From contig CAMRSV010000010.1 of the NCBI GenBank assembly GCA_947053455.1, positions 1 through 27,583 of the forward strand: 27,583 bases of DNA, in the 5' to 3' direction. Positions within the stretch are counted from its first letter, which is position 1; every line of letters begins with the position of its first letter. Below are positions 1 to 7,827 of this stretch, one piece after another. The DNA is from an uncultured Alphaproteobacteria bacterium (lineage in GTDB: Bacteria > Pseudomonadota > Alphaproteobacteria > Rs-D84). The position numbers and the translations under genes are program-made. The notes below the pieces were generated by a model. That model searched no databases. It was given only the letters and a program-made list of their open reading frames with translations, and was not told the origin of the DNA.

Positions 1-52
1 AATCGCCCTCCGAAGGCGGGGATTGCGCGTTCGAATCGCGCCGGGTGCACCA
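1..52 (+). tRNA. tRNA-Arg(CCG), 5' end truncated by the window edge
   Basis: Anticodon arm TCGCC-CTCCGAA-GGCGG, T-arm GCGCG-TTCGAAT-CGCGC, acceptor 3' strand CGGGTGC followed by ACCA. Confidence 0.92.
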
Positions 53-270
53 GAAATTATACCGCCGCATCGTCGGCGGTTTAATTTATGCACGTGCAAC
101 CCGCGATTTGAACGCGTCGCGTTCGACAACAAGTAGGCGAGAACGCGCCATGCGCAGTTCAAGCCGTTACGGTTGCCCCGCAGACATTTAAAAAATGGCA
201 AGGGAATCCGTCCGGGTGCACCAGAATAAAACCGCAGAAATCTGCGGTTTAATTTATGCACGTGCAACCC
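33..270 (+). repeat. tRNA-linked direct repeat (~170-bp period) duplicating the tRNA 3' end and its terminator
   Basis: GAATC-N3-CCGGGTGCACCAGAA at 33-55 and 204-226; GCGGTTTAATTTATGCACGTGCAACCC at 76-102 and 244-270; hairpins at 61-80 and 229-250. Confidence 0.85.
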
Positions 271-378
271 ATGTAAGGCGAGCCTCTTAACAAACATTTT
301 GATAAATACGCCTTGTAATATATTCCTATTTTTTATATAACTATTTAGGCTCATGTCTTTTAGGTAGGAGAATTAATA

Positions 379-840
379 ATGAAAAAATCCATAATTTTAA
401 TATGCGGTATATTGTGTGCCTGCAATAGCGCATATGTAAAAGACAATACCATGGTGCCGGGCAGTACCATATTTGCAGATCGTGGCGGATATGGGATGAA
501 ACGCAGCATAAAAGAGCAACTGGAAAATCACGGGTATAGAGTTATCGTCGGTACTGCGAAATCCGTTCGCGATTTGGAAAGTAACGAAACATTAGAATCG
601 ATAAATTTGGAATCCATAAAAATACCGCAAAATGCACGCTATGTTGTAAAGGTTTCCGAAAGACAGGAAACATTGCAATCTTTCTTTTGTCCGTTAAGCG
701 GATTTTGGTGGTGGAACTTTAATGTATCAATTGCTGATCAGGCAACCGGCGAAGAACTGCTGTCTTGGCGTGGGCGTGGATGCGCCAACAGCGAATTACG
801 CCGGTTAAATGAAGTACTGGACAGGTTGAAAGCATATTAA
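379..840 (+). CDS. hypothetical lipoprotein
   Basis: AGGAG ribosome-binding site; MKK, hydrophobic stretch and LCAC lipobox; followed by a terminator. Confidence 0.8.
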   Translation: MKKSIILICGILCACNSAYVKDNTMVPGSTIFADRGGYGMKRSIKEQLENHGYRVIVGTAKSVRDLESNETLESINLESIKIPQNARYVVKVSERQETLQSFFCPLSGFWWWNFNVSIADQATGEELLSWRGRGCANSELRRLNEVLDRLKAY

Positions 841-846
841 AAACAC

Positions 847-870
847 ATGCCGCGGTTATCGCGGCATTTT
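847..870 (+). terminator. intrinsic terminator
   Basis: ATGCCGCG-GTTAT-CGCGGCAT followed by TTT. Confidence 0.75.
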
Positions 871-876
871 AATTGC

Positions 877-905
877 TTGAAAAGAAATGCTAATCATTGT
901 ATAAT
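877..905 (+). promoter_or_regulatory. sigma70-type promoter of cassette 1
   Basis: TTGAAA(877-882)-N17-TATAAT(900-905). Confidence 0.75.
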
Positions 906-911
906 ATGCTA

Positions 912-1112
912 GTTGACGGGTATTTCGTCAATGGGGTGTGAGAACCTCTTCAGAAGCGTCATAATATGTTGTAGAGACGTACACAGCGCTGTTTTTATTA
1001 TGGCGAAAAATTCTCCTGACCTTGGTCAGGAGGGTTTGCGAAATAATTAATACGCAACACAATTCTTCTGATTGTTCTCAACCTCCTGACCACCTAATTT
1101 TTGGTGGTTTTT
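912..1112 (+). ncRNA. C4/CI-like antisense RNA and attenuator cassette 1 (core RNA 1023-1092)
   Basis: Closing stem TGGTCAGGAGG(1023-1033)/CCTCCTGACCA(1082-1092); hairpins TTGCG..CGCAA and ACAAT-TCTTCTG-ATTGT; CTTCTGA(1065-1071) and GTTCTCA(1074-1080) are complementary to TCAGAAG(950-956) and TGAGAAC(939-945); terminator ACCACC/GGTGGT+T run (1089-1112) overlaps the closing stem. Family assignment is by architecture only. Confidence 0.65.
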
Positions 1113-1138
1113 ATAAAAAACACAAGGGGGATATATTC

Positions 1139-1720
1139 ATGATAAAAAAAATTGCGGCAATAATAAGTGTATTACTACTATTTCCATCAAATTCATATGC
1201 TTTTAAAATTTGTTCAGAAACTATGTCTTGCCACGGAGATTCTTCTATGGCGTGCATGACACTTAATGCGGCCAGATGTAAAACTTCAATGTTTAAATAT
1301 TATGAAGGAACGTACGGGGTGGAATCATGTACAAGTTGCAATTCTGGAGAATCGCTGCAAGAGTTAAGCATATCGATTCCAGGATGTTCCAATAAAGTCA
1401 CATACAATGATTGTTGCCGCGGTTGCTCATCATGTGGAAGTGATACAAACTGGTCGGCGCATAAAGAGGGATACGAAAAAAAAATAACCCGTAGATGTGA
1501 ATGTAACAGATGCGTAGAAACAACCTCATACAGATGTGCGGTCGGATATTATGGGATTGCGACACTTTCAGCCACAGGATGCACCAAATGCCCCGATGGT
1601 GGCACTACTAGTAGTGCTGGAAGCTTACACATAACAGACTGTTACAAGGCTGCAGGAACAACATCAAAAGATACAAACGGAACATATACATTTACAGATA
1701 AATGTTCATATCAAAATTAA
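1139..1720 (+). CDS. small secreted cysteine-rich protein
   Basis: AAGGGGG ribosome-binding site before ATG 1139; signal peptide MIKKIAAIISVLLLFPSNSYA; about 19 Cys in 193 aa with CxxC, CxxGYY and CP..G..DCY motifs. Confidence 0.85.
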   Translation: MIKKIAAIISVLLLFPSNSYAFKICSETMSCHGDSSMACMTLNAARCKTSMFKYYEGTYGVESCTSCNSGESLQELSISIPGCSNKVTYNDCCRGCSSCGSDTNWSAHKEGYEKKITRRCECNRCVETTSYRCAVGYYGIATLSATGCTKCPDGGTTSSAGSLHITDCYKAAGTTSKDTNGTYTFTDKCSYQN

Positions 1721-1747
1721 AAATCCCCCATTTGGGGGATTTTTTTT
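1719..1747. terminator. bidirectional intrinsic terminator
   Basis: AAAAATCCCCCA-TT-TGGGGGATTTTTTTT between convergent genes. Confidence 0.85.
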
Positions 1748-1760
1748 ATGGCTTCAAACA

Positions 1761-2381
1761 TTAGTCAATATTTGTGTATTCACAAAAGCCTTCATTCGTA
1801 TCGCAGCGTGCGGCAATGCCTTCACTGATAAAATATCCCTGGGCGTGCATACATGCCGGGCAGACTTCTGGTGCCTCGGTTCCGATATGCCAGTTTCCAC
1901 AATTTGTGCAACGCCACATTACAACTTTGTCCTGTTTAAACAAAGTTCCGTTTTCAATTGCCTCTGCCAGCGCCTTGAAACGTGATTCATGATAACGTTC
2001 GGCATAGCCGATGTTTTTCAAAACCTCTGCAATTTCCAGAAAACCTTCCTGGGCGGCGATTTGGGCAAATTTCGGATACATATCGGTATTTTCTTCATTT
2101 TCACCGAACGCGGACGCCTTTAGATTTTCCAGTGTTGTGCCAATCTTTCCGGCCGGGAATGACGCAGTTATTTCCAACATGCCACCTTCCAAGAATTTAA
2201 ACAGACGTGACGCATGTTCTTTTTCATGATCTGCCGTTTCCAAAAAGATTTTAGAAATCGCCTGATAGCCTTCATTTTTTGCCTTGGATGCAAAGAATGT
2301 GTAACGATTGCGTGCCTGCGATTCACCAGCAAACGCTATTAACAAATTTTTTTCGGTTTGTGTACCCTTTAATGAAGCCAT
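1761..2381 (-). CDS. rbr: rubrerythrin
   Basis: LKGTQTEKNLLIAFAGESQARNRY N-terminus; ExxH diiron motifs (EKEHA, ERYHE); rubredoxin-like CTNCG...CPAC. Confidence 0.95.
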   Translation of the reverse strand: MASLKGTQTEKNLLIAFAGESQARNRYTFFASKAKNEGYQAISKIFLETADHEKEHASRLFKFLEGGMLEITASFPAGKIGTTLENLKASAFGENEENTDMYPKFAQIAAQEGFLEIAEVLKNIGYAERYHESRFKALAEAIENGTLFKQDKVVMWRCTNCGNWHIGTEAPEVCPACMHAQGYFISEGIAARCDTNEGFCEYTNID

Positions 2382-2452
2382 GAGCTTTCTCCTTTTCTTG
2401 TTTTTTTTGCGGTATGAATTCTATCAAATAAAATCAAAAATGCAACCACGAT

Positions 2453-3505
<1,053 letters not shown>

Positions 3506-3520
3506 TTATAACTTAAAAAC

Positions 3521-3549
3521 TTGCAATTTCCAGCAGGAATATTTATAAT
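3521..3549 (+). promoter_or_regulatory. sigma70-type promoter of ssrA
   Basis: TTGCAA(3521-3526)-N17-TATAAT(3544-3549). Confidence 0.7.
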
Positions 3550-3554
3550 TAGCA

Positions 3555-3854
3555 TGCCGTGCAAACGGTGATGATTCTGAATCCGTTGTGAAATAATCAT
3601 TTTGGACCCGGGGGCGGTACCCGGCACCTCCACCAATAAGACATACGGGGGTGTAATAGATTCGACAGATGACGAAAGACAAATTGGGTGAATTCGACAT
3701 GGCGTCGTTAAAAGCCGATAAAAAAATGAATGCGAACGATAACGTTCCGCTTGCAATGGCTGCCTAATATGGCGTTGGGTATGGCTGACAATTGCCCGCC
3801 TGCCCGTTTGAGCTATTGCGGGGCTGCCGGGTGCCTGGCACCAGAAACCCGGCA
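3555..3854 (+). ncRNA. ssrA: tmRNA, circularly permuted two-piece alphaproteobacterial type; tag (A)ANDNVPLAMAA
   Basis: Acceptor piece ends GACCCGGGGGCGGTACCCGGCACCTCCACCA (3635); 11-nt intervening segment; coding piece starts GGGGGTGTAATAGATTCGAC (3647); tag frame at 3732-3767; 3' motif GCCGGGTGCCTGGCACCAGAAACCCGGC. Confidence 0.95.
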
Positions 3855-3884
3855 TGTAAAATTATTTAAAGAAAGGGACAAAAA

Positions 3885-4112
3885 ATGTTTGGAAAAGTTA
3901 AACGAGTATTTTTTACAGGTATTTTTGGAATTCTGTACATATCTTTTATTGCACAATTGGTTTATGTTTTGGGTTGGGCACACGGTATTGAAAATAAATT
4001 GCTGTATTTGGCGTTGATGTCGTTTGAATGGCTGGTGCTGATTGCGGCACGCTATCTGTCAAAGCGTTCCAGCAACACCGCACAGTTTAACGGGTTTAAC
4101 CGCCGCCGTTAA
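3885..4112 (+). CDS. small hypothetical membrane protein (2 predicted TM segments)
   Basis: AAGGGA ribosome-binding site, two hydrophobic segments, terminator downstream. Confidence 0.7.
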   Translation: MFGKVKRVFFTGIFGILYISFIAQLVYVLGWAHGIENKLLYLALMSFEWLVLIAARYLSKRSSNTAQFNGFNRRR

Positions 4113-4128
4113 TTTAATCACGGGTAAG

Positions 4129-4154
4129 AAAAATCCCCCGATTGGGGGATTTTT
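4129..4154. terminator. bidirectional intrinsic terminator
   Basis: AAAAATCCCCCG-AT-TGGGGGATTTTT between convergent small ORFs. Confidence 0.85.
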
Positions 4155-4183
4155 ATCGTTTCGTAAAAAATCTTAAAAATTTT

Positions 4184-4381
4184 CTACCTTTCTTTTGAAT
4201 TTTTGTTGTCCTTAATACTTCTATAAAAATAGTAAGCCTTTAAACCGGCATATATAGCACCTACAGCAGATAGGCTTACCGCATTCACAATCAAAAACAA
4301 CGGCATCATCACCGGTGAAAATAGCATTGCGAGAGCCATTCCTGTCTTAAATTTTGAATCTGGATTATAATTTTTATTCAT
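4184..4381 (-). CDS. small hypothetical membrane protein
   Basis: AAAGG upstream of ATG, long hydrophobic core, basic C-terminus, ends near the shared terminator. Confidence 0.6.
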   Translation of the reverse strand: MNKNYNPDSKFKTGMALAMLFSPVMMPLFLIVNAVSLSAVGAIYAGLKAYYFYRSIKDNKNSKER

Positions 4382-4416
4382 TGTCTGCCTTTGGCATGCA
4401 ATATATACAATATATT

Positions 4417-4444
4417 CTTGAAAATCAATAAAAATGTCCTATAT
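4417..4444 (+). promoter_or_regulatory. RpoH (sigma32)-type heat-shock promoter of the lon-like gene
   Basis: CTTGAA(4417-4422)-N15-CCTATAT(4438-4444) matches the alphaproteobacterial RpoH consensus. Confidence 0.7.
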
Positions 4445-4448
4445 TATT

Positions 4449-6209
4449 ATGACTATGAAAGAATATATCTTACCCGTTCGCGATTTGGTTGTTCATCCCG
4501 GCTTAACGGTGCCGATTTATATTGACAACCCGATGTCAATCGCTTGTATCGAGGCTGCCGCAGAATCAACACACCGGGTGGTCTTGGCCGCACAACACAG
4601 CTGGAACTATCCGACCAGCCCAGATGATTTATACAATGTGGGCACAATTGGTGAAGTCGCCCAGGTTTTACGTATACCAGACGGCGCGCTGCATGCGATT
4701 GTACGCACAACCGCGGCGGTAAAATTATCCGGTGTGGTGGTGGAAAACGGCGTTTTTTCTGGTGATATAAGCGAAATACCGGTTCTGGACGATATGAATT
4801 TTGAACAAACAATCGCACTGCGTGACCGTGTGGCGGAAAACATGCAATTATTATCTGCGTCGCGACGCTTCAAAATGGATAAACTGCGCAATATCGTTCA
4901 AAATTATCCACTGCCGGCGTTTGTTGACGCGGTTATTCAAATGGCTGATATTGATACAGATACGGCAATAACCATATTATCCACCGGCACATGGAATGAA
5001 AAGTTGATTTTGCTGCTGGAACATATAAATTTAATGTGCGAAACCGCCAAGATAGAAGAAACAATCAATCGCCGCGTTCAACAGCAAATGGAATCCGGCC
5101 GCCGCGAAGCAATATTACAAGAAAAGATGCGCGCCATACAAAAAGAAATGGGCGAAGACGACGATATCGACGGCGAAAATCTGCGGCGGACTATTGAAAA
5201 GTCTGCCATGCCTGCCGCAGCACGGGAAAAAGCAATGTCCGAATGGCGCCGCATGCGGCAAATGGCGCCAATGTCAAACGATGCTGCTATACTCAAGGCA
5301 TATCTGGATGAATTGCTGGCAATGCCGTGGGGGAAATCTGATAAATCCAAAATAGATTTGAATGCTGCGCGCAAAATTCTGGATTCACGTCATTCAGGAA
5401 TGCAATCTGTCAAAGACAGAATTTTAGAGCATATCGCAGTAATGAAGAAAACCGCCCGCAACCAAGGCAGCATTTTATGCTTTGTTGGCGCGCCGGGTGT
5501 TGGAAAAACTTCATTGGGCAAATCTATTGCAGAGGCGCTGGGGCGCAAATATCAACGAATTTCGCTGGGCGGAATTTCAGACGAGGCTCATTTTCGCGGT
5601 CATCGCAAAACATACCTGGGGTCACAACCGGGTCGCATTATGGATGCGCTAAAGCGTTGCAAGGCCGATAACCCAGTAATTGTACTAGATGAAATCGACA
5701 AAATGGGTCGCGATTATCGCGGTGACCCGGAATCTGCTTTGCTGGAAGTTCTAGATCCGGAACAAAACAAAACCTTTCGCGATCATTATCTTGAAGTGGA
5801 CTTTGACCTGTCCAATATAGTTTTCATTGCGACCGCAAACAGTATGAATTTATCAAGCGCGCTAAAAGATCGCATGGAAATAATAGAAATTCCCGGTTAC
5901 ACCGAAGATGAAAAGGTAAATATCGCGCGCAATCATCTTGTTCAGCGCGCCGCGAATGACACGGGCTGGAATATCGAAAATATCGTGATTGATGACAACG
6001 CAATACGTCACATAATTCGCAAACATACATCCGAAGAAGGTGTCCGTGAACTGCAACGAACATTAACCGCAATTTTGCGCCGTGCACTTTTGGAAAACAA
6101 TGGCGACGATATAAAAACAGAATTTACGACGGATAAAATCGATAAATTATTGTCTGTGCGCAAAAATGGCGGCATTTCCAAGAAAATTGGATTTGGCATA
6201 AATGTATAA
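4449..6209 (+). CDS. lon: Lon-like AAA+ ATPase lacking the C-terminal protease domain
   Basis: Lon N-domain (LPVRDLVVHPG), Walker A GAPGVGKTS, pore loop GHRKTYLG, Walker B VLDEIDK, LLEVLDPEQN..FRDHYL, DRME, GVRELQR; no PKDGPSAG Ser-Lys domain. Start is probably ATG 4449 or 4455, downstream of the promoter. Confidence 0.9.
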   Translation: MTMKEYILPVRDLVVHPGLTVPIYIDNPMSIACIEAAAESTHRVVLAAQHSWNYPTSPDDLYNVGTIGEVAQVLRIPDGALHAIVRTTAAVKLSGVVVENGVFSGDISEIPVLDDMNFEQTIALRDRVAENMQLLSASRRFKMDKLRNIVQNYPLPAFVDAVIQMADIDTDTAITILSTGTWNEKLILLLEHINLMCETAKIEETINRRVQQQMESGRREAILQEKMRAIQKEMGEDDDIDGENLRRTIEKSAMPAAAREKAMSEWRRMRQMAPMSNDAAILKAYLDELLAMPWGKSDKSKIDLNAARKILDSRHSGMQSVKDRILEHIAVMKKTARNQGSILCFVGAPGVGKTSLGKSIAEALGRKYQRISLGGISDEAHFRGHRKTYLGSQPGRIMDALKRCKADNPVIVLDEIDKMGRDYRGDPESALLEVLDPEQNKTFRDHYLEVDFDLSNIVFIATANSMNLSSALKDRMEIIEIPGYTEDEKVNIARNHLVQRAANDTGWNIENIVIDDNAIRHIIRKHTSEEGVRELQRTLTAILRRALLENNGDDIKTEFTTDKIDKLLSVRKNGGISKKIGFGINV

Positions 6210-6218
6210 GGAGATAAA

Positions 6219-6563
6219 ATGTTACCAAACAAACAAATTAATTTATATCGCCAGATTGTAAAATTACAGTTACCTATCTCCACTGGATTACACAAACAAC
6301 ACTTTTCCACTGGACATAACTACGTTGAAGAAAATAGCTTACGCATAAATGCGGACAACCTTTCAATAGTATCAACCCAAACGGTCACTGAAACATCTTT
6401 GAAAAAAACATACTCATATTCACTGGCGGTTATAAATAAGGGCGGATTGAAAAATATTCCACACAAATACACAAACACGGCTTTGTTGGCACGCTGTGTA
6501 TATAATCATCTACAAAAAATGAAATGCAGAAATTTATGTATAAATATTCCGCGAATTTATTAA
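6219..6563 (+). CDS. hypothetical protein (AT-rich, basic)
   Basis: Strong AAGGAG ribosome-binding site directly after the lon stop; no recognisable motif. Confidence 0.7.
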   Translation: MLPNKQINLYRQIVKLQLPISTGLHKQHFSTGHNYVEENSLRINADNLSIVSTQTVTETSLKKTYSYSLAVINKGGLKNIPHKYTNTALLARCVYNHLQKMKCRNLCINIPRIY

Positions 6564-6585
6564 ACGTAACAAGCAAGGATAAAAA

Positions 6586-6873
6586 ATGACAATTTATGAA
6601 AAATTTATACTGATGGGTAATATCCTCAAAACCAACTGTCGCGCGACACAAATATTAGGCACACACGCCGCAAACACTAAATTGGTTACCCCAAAATATA
6701 CAATTAGAATTTCCGAAACATTCCCAACATATGACGGGGAAAAATGCACTAAAAATAGTATTGTTGTTACACACAACAATTCAAACAAAAGCGAAAATGT
6801 AACCGGTTGTTTTTCCCGTATAGTGTCACGAATGGTTCAACACAAATTAACGCAGCACACCAAATCAAAATGA
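6586..6873 (+). CDS. hypothetical protein (AT-rich, basic)
   Basis: AAGGA ribosome-binding site; ATGA overlap with tsaB. Confidence 0.7.
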   Translation: MTIYEKFILMGNILKTNCRATQILGTHAANTKLVTPKYTIRISETFPTYDGEKCTKNSIVVTHNNSNKSENVTGCFSRIVSRMVQHKLTQHTKSK

Positions 6874-7427
6874 TTCTAATAATAAACTCATCCGGGGCTG
6901 ATTTGGAATTCGTATTGGGTACAGCACACAAGCGCATCCCCGTTGAAAAGCAATCATTATCACTTGCGCCGGAATGTGAAAAATTTATGTCCGAATGTGG
7001 TGTCACATGGCGTGATTTAACGGCAATCGGTGTTGTTGTGGGGCCCGGCAGTTTTACCGGAATCCGGCTGGGTATCGCCTATGCCAAGGGATTGGGTTTG
7101 GGATTGCAAATTCCGGTTGTGCCAATCAATGCGTTTGAATTATACATGGCGGATGCACCGGATGGGTTTGTTGCAATTGATTCCGGACGTGGCGATTTTT
7201 TTGTGGCGTCCGCAAAAACGGCACCATGCACAATGGGCATAGACGAATTGGAACCCCGCCAAATGGAATGCCCGCGTACCGTTGGGCACAAGCCCTTTGA
7301 TTTGACACGCGGCGTTCAAATTGTGCATGACAAATTGTTGCGTGGTGAAAACACGCCGGCCGTGCCAATGTATCTGCGTCCCAGTTATGCGGAACAACCA
7401 AAACAAACAGACACAAATGCTAAATGA
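6870..7427 (+). CDS. tsaB: tRNA threonylcarbamoyladenosine biosynthesis protein TsaB
   Basis: MILIINSS start, VVVGPGSFTGIRLGIAYAKGL, C-terminal PMYLR. Confidence 0.93.
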   Translation: MILIINSSGADLEFVLGTAHKRIPVEKQSLSLAPECEKFMSECGVTWRDLTAIGVVVGPGSFTGIRLGIAYAKGLGLGLQIPVVPINAFELYMADAPDGFVAIDSGRGDFFVASAKTAPCTMGIDELEPRQMECPRTVGHKPFDLTRGVQIVHDKLLRGENTPAVPMYLRPSYAEQPKQTDTNAK

Positions 7428-7803
7428 ATTAGAAACATTACATGCGCAATGCTTTCCAAACAAACCATGGACGGCACAGGACTTTTCAGACCTGAAAAAA
7501 TCAGGTTGTGACATAATCGCCAGCCAGAATGGATTTATTGTATACCGCGCGGTCGCGGACGAGGCTGAAATAATAACAATCGGCGTTGCACCCGATGCGC
7601 GGCGCAGCGGAATTGCGGCCGCAATGCTGGGGATTGTGGAAAAAGAACTGAAATCACGCGGTGTAAAAAAAATATTTTTAGAAGTTGCCGAAAATAATAC
7701 TGCGGCACGCGGGCTTTATGAACAGGCTGGCTTTACACAATGTGGAAAGCGTTCAAAATACTATGATGGGATTGATGCAGTTTTGATGACAAAGAATTTA
7801 TAA
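7417..7803 (+). CDS. rimI: ribosomal-protein-alanine N-acetyltransferase (GNAT)
   Basis: EAEIITIGVAPDARRSGIA, FLEVAENNTAARGLYEQAGF, R.KYY; follows tsaB. Confidence 0.92.
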   Translation: MLNELETLHAQCFPNKPWTAQDFSDLKKSGCDIIASQNGFIVYRAVADEAEIITIGVAPDARRSGIAAAMLGIVEKELKSRGVKKIFLEVAENNTAARGLYEQAGFTQCGKRSKYYDGIDAVLMTKNL

Positions 7804-7827
7804 AATATTTTAACACGGAGAGAGCTC

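Noticed and set aside
33-226. attL/attR pair of an integrated island at tRNA-Arg
   Set aside because: Only ~170 bp separate the repeats, with no integrase or cargo; treated as a tRNA-linked repeat.
912-1112. Known metabolite riboswitch, T-box or self-cleaving ribozyme for the three cassettes
   Set aside because: I could not see conserved ligand-binding or catalytic core nucleotides (TPP, cobalamin, SAM, c-di-GMP, T-box, HDV, twister). Loop sequences vary and covary with upstream boxes instead. Not excluded without an Rfam scan.
6209-6873. Frameshifted Lon protease domain
   Set aside because: No PKDGPSAG or other protease-domain motif appears in the listed frames, and the downstream ORFs have their own ribosome-binding sites.
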